A stretch of 63,835 bases of DNA, counting the filler, from Hyphochytrium catenoides (taxonomy: Eukaryota > Protista > Hyphochytriomycota): NCBI GenBank assembly GCA_900088475.1. It is 6 parts of 6 records of this genome, joined end to end, with 100 filler letters (N's around TTAATTAATTAA, not from the genome) between each part and the next. Parts side by side here need not be neighbours in the genome. Positions count along the whole stretch, not along the records: positions 18,779 to 46,384 come from FLMG01004335.1; positions 46,485 to 55,457 come from FLMG01002532.1; 4 more parts are not named here. One strand, written 5' to 3'. How positions within the stretch are numbered: the stretch's first letter is position 1; each line of letters begins with the position of its first letter. A program made the translations under genes and the position numbers. The notes under the pieces are model-generated. The model saw nothing but the letters and a program-made list of their open reading frames with translations. It was not told the DNA's origin and did not search any database. Shown piece by piece: positions 36,558-49,143 of this stretch.

Positions 36558-38928
36558 CTAAATAGCACCTAAGTTCTCTTGACGCTCCAGAAGAAGCTCT
36601 GCGAGCGGTGCAAATGCATCGACAAGGGCACTGACTGCGGCAGAGACAGTAGAGGCTTGGTCCCTCTCCCAACCTTGAGTGAGATAGTCTGATACCACGC
36701 CAGTGATGGCACTTTCGGTGTCAGACCAGAGGAGGAGCAGCTCTTTCTGGTCTCGGGTTGAGAGGCTAGCGAGATTCTTTGCGTCGAGAGTATCCCGGAG
36801 CACTTCGCCCTGTTTACCTTCTAGTCCTTTGAGCTGCGCCGTTATCTCATGCTTTAGGAAGGATATGAAACTCTTCTTCAGTTGAGAGAGAAGTAGCGAG
36901 GTCGCCACCTTCTCCTTAGAGTTTTTGAGGTCTCCAAGACAGTCCGAGACGAGGCGTCTCAGTGAGCAATCGCATTGGTGGACCAGACTTTGGGCGTTGG
37001 CTTCACTGCTCTGATGTCTCTAAAGCGGGAGAGAGAGAGAGAAGGAGGGAGAAAGAGCATGGAGCGAGGGGTAAGAAAGATAGAATCTGAGAGGCCAGGC
37101 AAGGGGAGTCTCACTGCTTTGTGCTTGACCACGTCCATCTGTCGTCTGATGCTGAGAGCCTGGAGCTCTAGTGTAAGGAGCTTCTGGCTCAGAACTGTCC
37201 TAGACAGAAGGTGCTCCCAAAGCTCCTTTACCCAGTTCCTGAAGGCAAAGCAAGTTAGGAAGTGTGAGAAATATGCATTAACCTCTGTGTACCTCTCTCT
37301 GTCTCTGTCTCTCTCAAGCACACAGACACTCTCTATTTCCAGAGCGCACACTCTCTCTCGTCTTCGCTGGCTCTGGGATTGCTCTCTATCTGCGCTCTCT
37401 CTCTCTCTCTCTCTCCCTCTATCTGCGCCTGCATTGTCCTTCTCTCTGCGCTTTCTGTCTCCTCTCTCTCTCTCTGCGCTTTCTGTCTCCGTCTCTCTCT
37501 CTCTGCGCTTTTCTCTCTCTGTTCTCTCCTGCTCTATCTTGTCCCTTCCACAATTCTCCTCGAATGGCATCATACCTCTTGTTCTCTTCTAGTGACGCCT
37601 CTCTCATGCAGTTCCATGTCTCTGTGAGCTCCGAGAGCGTGAACGTGTTTTGCTCCCACCTGAACCTCTCTCCGTCTGGCGCTTGTAAACGCCCGGACAT
37701 CCTTTCTAAGACAATGTTAGGAATCCTTGCCTGGCGTGCTCTCTCTCCATTTCTCTGCATGCAGGTCCGGAGAGGAGTATCCACATAGATCTGCAGGAAC
37801 CCACAGCGCGCTAAAGCAAGAAGGAAAGGCCAAAAAGCCATCAGAATTGGAGCCAGAGTTGGGCGGGCGCAGAGACCATTATTATGGAAACGGAGGCAGC
37901 TAACGAGGGAGAACGTAAAATAAGATCCGTCCCTGCCTGAGTATCAAGCGAGGAGAGGGAGGAGAGAAGAGAGAGAGAGAAAGAGAGAAGAGAGAGACAA
38001 GAGAGAGAGGGGAGAAAGGAAAGGAAGAGAGAAGAGGGAGAGAAAGAGAGGATGTGACCTAGACAGAAAGAGGGCAGAAAAAGAGTGAGAGTGTGAGAGA
38101 AAGAGACGGAGACCGCGAGAGTTGGTCACGTCGTCTTACCGTCAAAGGCCATCCTATATACCGCCTGCCTCATACTTCTATAGTACATATTGTCGTCCAC
38201 TAGCACCAACCGAGCATACAGTCTCGACGGGTCACTCTCCTTCTTCTCTTCACCGCTAACATGAAGCTGCCGCCTGCAATGGTAGAAACCAAGAGGAAGG
38301 CAGAAAGTGAGAGAGAGAGGACGAGAGACCGAAAGAGATGGGGAGAGAGAGCGAAAGAGAGAAGGAGATGGGGAGAGAGAGCGAAAGAGAGAAGGAGAGC
38401 AACAGAGAGCGAAAGAGAGAGAGAGAGAGAGAGAACTAATGAGCATGAACTCAAAGGAAGGGAACGAGGAGAGACAAGCGGAATGCGATAGAGAGAGACC
38501 AATCCCAGAATTGCTTCAAGGGCTCATGCCTCAAAGCCGGAATTCGAACAAGTCCTGGGAGAAGACGGGGCTCACTGTTGCTCCTGAAGTAGTTTACAGA
38601 GTTCTTCAAGGCCTATCCTTCGCTGCTGGTGCCAAACTTCTATGACGGAAGCTTTAGCGTTTGGAGGCTGTCCATCAACACTCTGCTCTTTCTCATGGTC
38701 AGGAGTGTGGGTCGAGACTGTGATATCATCGAAGCACAGATGGTTCACTGATAGCACCTCGACCTCTCTCACTGCAGCCACATCCTCTCCAGCTTCCTCT
38801 GTCGCCTCCTGAGTGCGAGCTCGGGAGAGCCAGCCAGCCCTAAAGCCCTCAAGCACCTGCTTGCAGAGAGTGCTCTTCCCTGCAGCTGGCAGACCCACCA
38901 ACAGCACAACACAGGTAAACACCGCCAT
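36558..38928 (-). CDS. PSTK: O-phosphoseryl-tRNA(Sec) kinase (L-seryl-tRNA(Sec) kinase), 5 exons
   Basis: P-loop VGLPAAGKST, VLVDDNMYYRSMR, GFLQIYVDTPLRTCMQRN..R, RWEQN and C-terminal VHQCDCSLRRLVS. All four junctions are GT-AG and in phase. Confidence 0.9.
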
Positions 38929-39563
38929 AGTGCTCAACAGAAGGTCGAGATTCACTGTCGCTGATCCCCCTACCCGCAGGCATGGAATGCCTTGAGCAGC
39001 TAGAGGCCATACGCTGAGTGTCTGCAGCTCTCAGACAGAGACTGAGACAGAGACTGAGACTGATGAGAGCATCCAAAGGGCAATAGAAAAATAGGTGCCG
39101 CCAACACTTGAAAGGATGCGATGATGATGAACTACCAGCAAAAACTACCAAAGATGGACAGAAATTGATAATCTAACATTGGGGTTATTTCATATAGTTC
39201 GCTAAGCTTTTACTCCTGTCGGTGATAACTAGATCCTACGATCTCCAGTTCAGAACCGAGAACTGTGGATAAAATCTTCATGGATTTCTGAAGATCAGAA
39301 GAAGAGACTTCTCATTGCCTCAGACTTCTGCACTTCTGCAGCTTTGCCAAGCTAACACATTGTCTTCTCCATGATCTTGTCTTTCTTCTGGATCAGATCT
39401 CTGCCTGGGTTAGTTAGAGCTTACCTCCAGCCCTTTGCCTTGAAGATTTGTGCGCCTGAAGCATGCCATCTCTGAACTTTATTTGAAGGCCTTGGTGGGT
39501 TACACTGCTCAGTTTTATCTTGACGGACAGGTGGAGCCGATACAGCTCTCGTTGGTAGGCAGG

Positions 39564-39946
39564 ATGCGGATTATTGTTGCCGGAGGAGGGATCTCGGGTC
39601 TCTCCTTCGCGTGGTTCCTACGGTACCCTCTCTGTCTCTTTTCGTCCAATCGTTGGCTCTCTTCCTCACTTCGCTCTTGCTATTGGACCTCCTATCGCGC
39701 TGGTGGTACCGCAGGAAAGCGGTAGGAAATGCAGCCTCGATCACTATCCTGGAGTCAGGAAAGCGAGTGGGAGGATGGCTGAAGACAGAGGGAAGGGAGG
39801 AACACGGTTTGGTACTAGAGCGAGGTCCGAGGAGCTTCAGGTGGGAATCACCGTTGTTCTGCTGGACGTCGGGACCAGCCGGTCTCCATCTATCCTTCTT
39901 CTCCGTTCATGCTTAGAATCTCTTTTTGCGGTTTGCTTGATATTCA

Positions 39947-39985
<39 letters not shown>

Positions 39986-42853
39986 CTCTTTCTGTTTTTC
40001 TCTCTCTCTCCTCTTCACTTCTTTCTCTCCCCTGCTTGACCTCATGAGCTACGGATGCCTTTGTTATCAATCAGGCCTCGAGGCAGCGGCATGGAGACCT
40101 TGAAGCTCATAGAAGAGTTAGGACTGCAGGTCAGAAAAGTCACTGCAGAAACCAACCAATGATACTTCCAAGGCACCTGCAGTCCGCTCAGTCGCTCTTC
40201 CGCACCTCCGATTGAGCACTCTTCCCTGTCGTCTTCAGTGCTCTCTGGTCTTCTTCTTCAGGGACCCCGATGGGCCCTTGCTCTGGCCGTATCGCTCTTT
40301 CTCTCTCTCTCTCTCTCTCTCNNNNNNNNNNNNNNNNNNNNNNNNNNNNNNNNNNNNCTCTCTCCCTCTCTCTCTTTCTCTTATCTCTGTCTCCCTATCA
40401 TTGCCTTGACCTGTTGCAGTGCTTATCTCTTCTTCCCTTTCCGCACTACACCTCACAGTCTTTGCCGTTCTTCACTGATCTCTTCTTCCCCTTTCTCTGT
40501 TCAAACTTCTGTTTCGTGGTTGAACGTTCCTTTCCTCTAACTTTCTCTTTTCAGGGAGAAGTGCTTACATCACCATCTTCTACCTCTCGGTATATTATGT
40601 ACAAGGGAAAGATAGAGGTCCGGCCATGCAGATCACGATCATCAGTACTGTCGTTCACTCCTTTTTCTTCATTTTTCTTCACGAGCTTCAAGGATATACA
40701 GTCTGCTATGATATGCTGGCTTCCTGGTGTTCTCTCTTGCGCTGGCTGGCCATCCTCCTTTGCTGATCTGTCTCCCTTTATTCCAGAAAGCGCCTTCATC
40801 GCTGTTGGAGGTCTTTGGCTCTCCTCTCACCCGTCCAGTTCCTCTCGCGGTGCTGAAGGAGCTATTCGTCCCAAAGACAACGGTAGGGTAGCAGAGAACT
40901 GGAAAGATAGAACGCACGAGAGAATGCTGTCCGCAAGTGAAGAGAGAGGTGGACCACGCAGCTAAGCGAGGGCGGAGATTCTTGCTCGACAGTTAATCCT
41001 CGCTTTTGCAACTCTAGGAGAAAGACGAGAGCATTAAATCCTTTGCCACCAGGAGATTCGGGTGGGTGGTGCATCTTCTTTCTCTGGTTGTGATCTTATT
41101 GGGCTCTCCTGACGGACATGCCCCTTCTTTCTCTCTCTCTCTCTCTCTNNNNNNNNNNNNNNNNNNNNNNNNNNNNNNNNNACACACGATCTGTTCTGTG
41201 TTTCTGTGTTTCTTACAAATCTTCCTCCCGCATCTTTCACACTTTTCTCCTTGAGGACTTACGCTTTGTTCCTCTCTTCTTCGGGGCTCTTTCGCTCTCC
41301 CTTCCCTCTTGATTCCTCTCTCTCCATCCCCTTTCCTCCGTATCGGTCTGCCCCTTGTATGTCTGTCTCTGCCATCGCTAGGACCCACGTGGCAAACGTT
41401 CTCTTGGATGCAATCTGTACCGGAATCTACGCGGGAGACACATCAAAACTCTCCGTTCGCTCGTGTTTCAAGCTGCTGTGGGAGGCAGAGCAACGGTCAG
41501 GATCAGTCGTCCGCGGCCTTCTCTCCTCTTCTTTGTCCTCTTCTCCTCCTCCGCAGCTATTAGATGCTTCATCTCCTAGTGAATGGGTCAAAGAGACCTC
41601 CACGGCTCTTGCTGTGAGCTTTAAGGAAGGGATGGAGACTCTGCCAACTACCCTGCAGCAAAAGCTTGAGGTAAGTGCCCTCTCACTCTTTCCCTTCGTC
41701 TTATATTTACCTGTCTTTCCCTCTGTCACCCTGATTCTCTCTTTAAAAGTTCCCTTCCTATCTTGCAATCTCTGCTACTGAGCAGTCAAAGAGAGAGGAC
41801 GAGAGAGACGGAGAAGGGCAAAATACCTGACGACGACAGAAAGACCTGTCTTCCGTCCTGAATAGTGCTCTGGTGTCTTATCCTTTCTCATTCCAGGCTG
41901 AGGGAGTGCAGGTCCTTCTTGAGTGTGCTGTAGCAAAATTGGAACCACAGCAAGGAGGTCCCGGAATGCAAGTCTCTCTCTCGGACGGTACCAAGGAAGA
42001 TGCAGACTATATTGTTTCCGCTTTGCCGGCCAATGTCCTGGCACGTGTGCTACCTTCCTCTGCCCCTCAGACCCTCACGGAGACGCTGAGATCCATACCG
42101 TTCGCCTCCGTTGGACTGGTGAACCTCGTCTACGATGAGTCTGTCATTCCATACCCAGGTGCTTGCTCTACTTTCTCTTTTTCTTTCTCTCTTCTTCATG
42201 CCTTTGCTGTCTGTCTCTGGTTATCACATCTAGGCAGCGTTCTATCAGGGAGTGTTCACTCACATTTTTCTCCCATCACCTCTCGTCATTAATCACTCCG
42301 GCCTGGCCCTCATATCCTTATTGCTTTGATTGCTATCACTGCCTTCTAAGCCTCCGATGTCTCTCTCTCCTCACCCTTTCCTGGCTCCACAGGGTTTGGC
42401 TACCTAATTCCTCGCGGAGAGAGCTCAGAGGGTGTTCTAGGCTGTGTCTTTGACTCGATGGTCTTCCCTTCCCAAGACAAAAGACCCTGGACGTCGCGTC
42501 TCACGGTGATGGTCGGGGGTTCCTCCTTCCCCGCCATAGAAAGCTACACAGCCGACCAACTGACAGAACTAGCAATCCAACACGTCTCCCGCTCCCTAGG
42601 GACGGTGTACACTCGACCACTTCTCGAGAAGCCTTCTCTTACCATTTCAGGGATCGCTCGGTCTGGAATTCCCCAGTATGAGGTGGGACACGCGGAGAGG
42701 ATGGAGAGAATGGGGCCTGTTCTAGGAGAGTGGAGCCAACAGAGGCTCCTTCTTCTGGGAAACTCTTATCAGGGAGTGGGGGTGGCGGACTGTGTGGAGC
42801 AGGCACGGAGACTAGCGCTCTCTCTCGCCAAAGATATAGAGAGCAAACGATAG
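39564..42853 (+). CDS. PPOX: Protoporphyrinogen oxidase (HemY/PPOX type), about 9 exons
   Basis: MRIIVAGGGISGLS (Rossmann fold), RVGGWL..ERGPRSFR, DESIKSFATRRFG, DAICTGIYAGD..LSVRSCF, SFKEGMETL, GFGYLIP..LGCVFDS, IPQYEVGH and GNSYQGVGVADCV. Confidence 0.96.
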
Positions 42854-43422
42854 CTATTAGAGAGTTTCTTAAAGGTGCTTCGACCATGAAGAAGAGTGTT
42901 TGGAGGCAGAGGAGGTTTTGGGAAGGGCGATGGGCTCCCACTATTAGTGAGACAAGGCCCTTTGGACAATGGGGAGAGCGAGAGAGCTTGTCGAAAAGAG
43001 AATGCGTTTGTGTGTGAGAGAGAGAGAGAGAGAAAAAGAGGGAGAGAGAAAGTTGGCGGCGCTAGTAAGGGAGGAATGTTTGTCTAATTTATTACAAGGT
43101 CACGGGAGCCAACAGTTCCAAGGCACAACCTCTCCTTCACTAACAACAGCCGTAGTCTGAGGAAGAAGAAGGGACAAAGGAAGGGTCAATGCTACTTCTA
43201 TTCTCTATAGTCCTCATGAATAGCGCTGGCCCTTCTCTTCGCTTCTCATTCCTTCAGGGGAAGAAGGGGGGAAACAGGTACCCGAGAGGTAGGAGAGAGA
43301 GACGTCGCGGCACCATGGAGAGAGAGAGAGAGGAAGAAGATAGCTGGAAGCCAGTTCCCCGATGATTGAGTTCTTCCTGTATCAAGAGAGAGAGACAGGG
43401 GATACATCTTCTTCATATTTTC

Positions 43423-44640
43423 TTAACGGAGCTGGATCTTGGCGACGTCCATGGCTTGCATCTCTACCAGGTACTCAGGCTTATACCCAGCCTTCAATAG
43501 GTCCTTGATCCTCTTCTCTTTGATCTTCTCCACTCGCCTCTGTTCCTCCAGCAACGCCTCTTTAGCTTTCAGTCCATCTCGCAGCTCTTCCTGACGCTTT
43601 GTCTTCTTCTGCTGCTGATGCTCCTCAATTTGCTGCTGGAGAGCGCGGATGTGCCTTGCTCTCTCTTTCTCTTTCTTCTGTTCTTCATCCTCTTGCTTTT
43701 GCTTCTCTGTCTGAAGCTTCTTGACCGTTGACCTGAACTCGTGCTCCTGTTGCTGGTACTCCAAGGCAATGGCTCTCTTCTTGATATCCTGCTGCTTCTT
43801 CAGGTCATCCATCACCTGTTTCTGCTCGCGTGCCCTCTTTGATGCTTCTTCTCTCTCTCTTGCTCTTGCCTCTCTCTCCTTGGCTTCGGCTGCTCTCTTC
43901 GCCCGGAGTTCTGCCAGTTCACTCTCTCTGTCTTGCGCTTTCTCCTGCTGCGCTCTGAGTTTGGCTGTTCTTTCTTCATTTGCCTTTTTGATCTTCTCTA
44001 GCTCCTGCAGGTGTCTCTCCTCTTCCTTAGCCTTGTCCATCTGATACTTCAAAATCATCAGGTTCTCATGCTCTTCTCTCTCCTTCAGCTTCTGCTTTGT
44101 GCTAATGGCAGTAGCATTTGCCTTGATGACCTAGAAGCATCGCGAAGGTAAGATATCAGGCTAAGAGAGAGACAGTTGTGGTGCGTTAAGGGCTAGTGGT
44201 ATCCTAACCAGAGAGCCAAGAGATAGGACAGCGGAGAGAGGGAGAGGGCGATGAGGAGAGAGAGAGAGGAGTGGAACGGAGGAGTAGTCATGAAGTACCT
44301 CTTCCTGGAGCTCTGCAACTCTCTCACGCCTCTTAACTTCTTTCTCTCTCTCCTCATCCTCGTACGATTTGAAGAGTTGTTTCATCTTCTCTCCTTCCTA
44401 ACGTCGACAGAAAGAACGCTCAGGGCATGAAAATATGGCTAGAGAGACCAAAGGAGCGGAAAGAAACTAAAGGCGGAACAAGAGCCGAGGATATAAAGAG
44501 CGGGAGACAGAGGGAGGGAGAGAGCGAGAGAGAGGGAGCGCGAGGCGCCCAGAGAAGGACAGAAAGAGAGGACGAGGAGAGAGAGGGAGAAACAAGAGAG
44601 AGAGAGAGGGGAAAAAGAGAGAAAGAGGCAGAGACCACAA

Positions 44641-44689
<49 letters not shown>

Positions 44690-45949
44690 GGGTGCCTGAC
44701 TGACAACTAGGTCCAGAGGTGCATAAGGAGAAAAAAAGACATCAAAGGATGGAGTAGATGAAAGAGTTGCAAGACTGACCTGACACTTTGCTTCCTCTTC
44801 TCTCAGTCGCACTTTTTGCCTCTGTTCAATCTGTGCCTCGATAAGCTTTCTGTCTTTCACTCTCTGCTCCACCTTAGCAGCCTCGATCTCTTCTCTCCTC
44901 TTCAGCTCTTGAAGGCGCGCCAGCTCCATTTCCACGTCAAACTTCTGGTCATAGCGTTTCTCCATTTCTTCTCTCCTCTTCTTCTCTTCTAGTTGCTTGT
45001 CTCGGACCATAAACGCTGCGGCACGTGCTTGAAGGGAAGACAAGTGCTTCACGACGTCAAGCTGGTCATCTCTTTGTTCCCTCGCTGGCATCCAGGAGAA
45101 GAGGAAAAGGAGAGAGAGAGAGAGCGAGAGCGAGAGAGAGAGAGAGAGAGAGAGATGCGAAATGATTAGATGCTGGACAAACGAGAACAGTACAGAGAAG
45201 GAGGAGAGAGAGAGCGAGAAGGAGAGACAAAGTCCGCGGCGGCGCGCGCACCTTTCGCCAGTGTTGCTCTATTCTCTTCATCTTTCTCCAGGTCGAGGTC
45301 TGACTTGCTTCTCTTCTGTCGCGCCTCTTCCTCCAGCTGTCTCATCCTCTCCTTCCTCAACTTCGACTTCTCCCTCTCAGCTTCCTGCGCCAGCTCCTTT
45401 TCAGCCGCCAGCCGCTGCCTCTCCTCTGCCGACAACGCTTGAGCCTCACGCTGTTAAAGACTCTTGTCAGACGGTATAACTGGTGGCAGAGGCTACGCAT
45501 AGTCCTAACATTCCCCCACTCTCTCTCTCCGTCTCTCTCTCTCTCTCTCCGTCTCTCTCTCTCTCTCTCTTCGTCTCTCTCTCTCTCTCTTCCTCGTTCT
45601 CTCCCTTTCATCCTCTCTCTTCCTCAAGGCGCAACTATCTAGCTCCCATTTTCTCTTTTATTTTCCTTCTCCCTAATCCCTCATCTTCTTCCCGCTCTCT
45701 CTCTTTCTCCTCCTCGCTTTCTTTCTCTCCCTACCGTCGCATCTCTCTGTGGCAACGCTTTACCTTTATCCTGTCCAATTCATTCTTTTTCAAGACGATC
45801 TCAGGTCTGCTTGAAAGGCTATTCTTCTCGAAAGTTGAGCTCTTCCCGACGGATCCAGAGAGCTTCTTCTTACGCGCTGGCTCTCCAAAGAGAGACTCGT
45901 CCACGGGCCCAACATCGGCGTGGCGGGAAGACGGGATTGGCGCTGGCAT
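43423..45949 (-). CDS. CFAP45: Cilia- and flagella-associated protein 45 (CCDC19-like coiled coil), 5 exons
   Basis: N-terminal VDESLFG motif, AREQRDDQLDVVKHL..AAAFMVRDKQLEEK, LRAQQEKAQDRESELAELRAKRA and C-terminal LLKAGYKPEYL. Exons are in phase. Confidence 0.88.
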
Positions 45950-46638
45950 CGCGGCGGCAGCTGCGGGAACGCTCAGCCAACTTTGAGATATCCTCTCTCT
46001 TCTTTCAGCAATGCTCTTTAAGATCTGTCTGTCCGTCTGCTTGAGCTCTTGCCACGGCCTTGAGCTTTAGATTTTCTTAGCGGTTCGCTGCCTGCTGAGC
46101 TTTACGCGCTGTCCGCAAGGCCAAAGGGATATCAGCGGAGGACAGAGCAGGAGAGGACACAAGGTACTGACAGCTTCCTGGACTTTAAGAGAGAAAGAGA
46201 GAGCGCGTTGGAAAGCATGAGAAAGTCAGAAGACGGAGAGACAATGGACGCTGGACCGGCAGGAAAGAGACTTGCTTGAGAAGGATGAAGATGGATGAAA
46301 CGATAAGGTACACAGAGACAGCGAGAGAGCATGACAAAGAGAGGGAGAGAGAGAGAGAGAGAGGGGGAAGAGAGAGAGAGAGAGNNNNNNNNNNNNNNNN
46401 NNNNNNNNNNNNNNNNNNNNNNNNNNNNTTAATTAATTAANNNNNNNNNNNNNNNNNNNNNNNNNNNNNNNNNNNNNNNNNNNNAGAGAGAGAGAGAGAG
46501 AGGGAAAGAGATAGATGAAGGGATATTGTAAGAGGAGATCGACAGACAGAGACAGAAAAGGCATAGGAAGTTAATAGATGAGGCCAGGGAGAGAGAGAAA
46601 CACTGAGAAGAGTGTGAAAGGCGAGAGAGAGACTCTAC

Positions 46639-46990
46639 CAGATCCCACATATGCCCTGGAAAGCTCCTGCGATGGTGACAGAGAGCTTGGCGACAAAACC
46701 GTTAGGATCCTGCTCCTGCAGAGCACTGCGAACCATGCAGTGGCTGGCCAGCGTGCCTACAGCGCACAGAAAGAGAAAGAGAGGGATCGCAATCCCAAGG
46801 GCCCAGCCTCCCAGAAGCCCTACATCTTTAAGATAGGGCAAAGTTTGTGGTGAGACAGGGGAGCAAGAGTCAAAGGGAAGAGTCCTCGACACGCAAAAGA
46901 CAGCGGAACGGAGAGACATCTCAAGGTTTCTCTCACTCGCTCTTGCCCTTTCCCTGCTGCCCGCCTTGCTCAGTACTTACCGGGCGCCAT
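46639..46990 (-). CDS. Small membrane protein, possibly V-type ATPase subunit e, 5' part only
   Basis: A 10-nt first exon (ATG GCG CCC G|gtaagt, 46990-46981) splices to 46825-46639 to give MAPDVGLLGGWALGIAIPLFLFLCAVGTLA..DPNGFVAKLSVTIAGAFQGICGI.., with two hydrophobic segments. The diagnostic C-terminal half would lie beyond the spacer. Confidence 0.4.
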
Positions 46991-47382
46991 CGCTGGCTAT
47001 AGAACTAGAAACGACGACTAGCGCCTTGAAAGGCAGCACACCCACGGGGAGAGAAGGATGAGATTTTGACTCGTAGTGTCAGGATCTCTAGAAGAAGAAG
47101 AATTGGACGAGGAATAGAAGAGCATCAACTTCGTCGGTGTCTTCTTTCTGCTGCCCCGTCTTTCTCCGCCGCGCTGCCTCTCATTCAACTGTGTCGACTC
47201 CTCAATCCTATCCTCCGATCTTCTCCCCACATCCTCATCCAGTCTCCGATCCGCTCTTCTTCTTGCTTTGCGGTCAACTATTCCCTTCCTTTCACGTCCG
47301 CCTCTCCTATTACCTGTCTCTCCCTTCTGTGTAATGAGTGCATTGGTCAGCTCATCACCCTTCTCTCCTCTCACTTCTCCTC

Positions 47383-47415
<33 letters not shown>

Positions 47416-47458
47416 NNNNNNNNNNNNNNNNNNNNNNNNNNNNNNNNNNNNNNNNNCT

Positions 47459-47493
<35 letters not shown>

Positions 47494-47529
47494 CTGGCAG
47501 CCGCTGCTGCGGCTGATGACTTCTACTGA

Positions 47530-49103
47530 CCCTGTAAAACGGTTCTTCTGCCATCCCAGCAAGCAGGTACGGCATAACCGCCGATTGACACACCGTTAGC
47601 GGTAGTACATGCGAGACAGAGTAGAGGCGGTGGCAGGGTGGGAGAGACAATCCCCAGCACCTATGGGAGAGGGAAGGAAGAGAGAAGGGGAGCAGATGAG
47701 ACAGAGGGGGAAGAGAGGAGGAAGAAGGAGAGGACAAAAGAAAGGGAGAGACTCAAGGGACAGCGAGACAGAGTGTACGAGAGATACCTAACCAAACCAG
47801 ACAGAGAAAGAACGTCTCCACAAAAAGCGAGGAGGATGTGGTGGTGGGAGAGACGACAGACAGCGACCGAACGAGCCAGCAGATCGAATGGTAACGGTAG
47901 TCGTACAAGGGAAACCACGGGCAACGGCAACAGCAAATCTGCATCCCTAATCCCTAACATTCTCTACGTATCGTCGGACGAGGCGGAGTCCAGTTCAGCC
48001 CAAGGGCAAGCAACGAACGAGGCTCGAGGAGTCCCATTATGGCCGTTGATGGTGGGATAGTAGCCGTAAACCGACCAAGGTTTCCGTCGAGGATGGGAGC
48101 AAGCAAGGCCGATCGTACTAGCGAAGATGAAGAAGGGAATGTTAGAGAAGTAATAGAACCAGCTGCTCTCTTCTCCGGGTTGCCAAAACGGAGGGAGAAG
48201 GGCGGAAGAGGAGGATGGGTTACTATCCTAATGATGGTCGATTGAGGGCCCTAAGCAGCAAACAAGCAGACAAAGGATGATGGAAGGCGGACAAGGACAA
48301 GAAGAGGTGCCCAACAAAAGAAGAGGATGCTGGCACTATTATGGCCATCAACTGACGAATCAACTTATTATTGGATCCTCCTACGAGGTCTTTCTCTATA
48401 CTGATCATTAGTAACATAGCGTCGTCGTGGCAGTATTCTAACAGCCGCCTGGCTTCATCCAGGTCAACAAGTAAGGTTGATAGCTTACTATGACCACCGA
48501 AAGGTTGCAAGCGGGGTTCTGAAGGCAAGCCCGCGCCGACGGAGAGGAAGAAGAGATAAATGGGTTCAATCATCAAGAAGGAGGGAGAAGAATAGAGGTA
48601 ATGATGAGCGAGTAAGTGCTTGAGAAGAGAGGGCGAATCACAGTGTTTGCTGCCGCTGGACCATCCTACCATCGGTCCTATGAGCCCTGGTCAGTTTTGG
48701 TGATAGATAAGAAGAGATCTTTGCCCAGTGATAAACAAGCGACCGACAGCTTTTTACATCTCAATTAATGGCAGTGGTCACGGGGCTTACGTTGTTACTG
48801 ACTGTCCAGCTCTCTTTCCTCTGCCTCGGACCCTTTTTCTCAACGACCGGTCCGATGAGTAGCGGCATTATCAGTCGGCTCGGCTTCACAAGGAGTTGAT
48901 GACATGTGTGAGGGGGAAGGGAAGCAATGAGATCGTACGAGAGCGGGAGAAGGACTCATAAAAAGAGTGCGTTCGGTTCTTGGTTCGTTTTCCCTATCTT
49001 GCGAGGCATGATACTGATATGGGCCCTGTGAGAAAGACAAAGGGCGGGAGGAGACAGAGTGGACGAGAGTGACAACGGCATAAGAGAGAGAGAGAGAGGA
49101 GAG

Positions 49104-49143
<40 letters not shown>

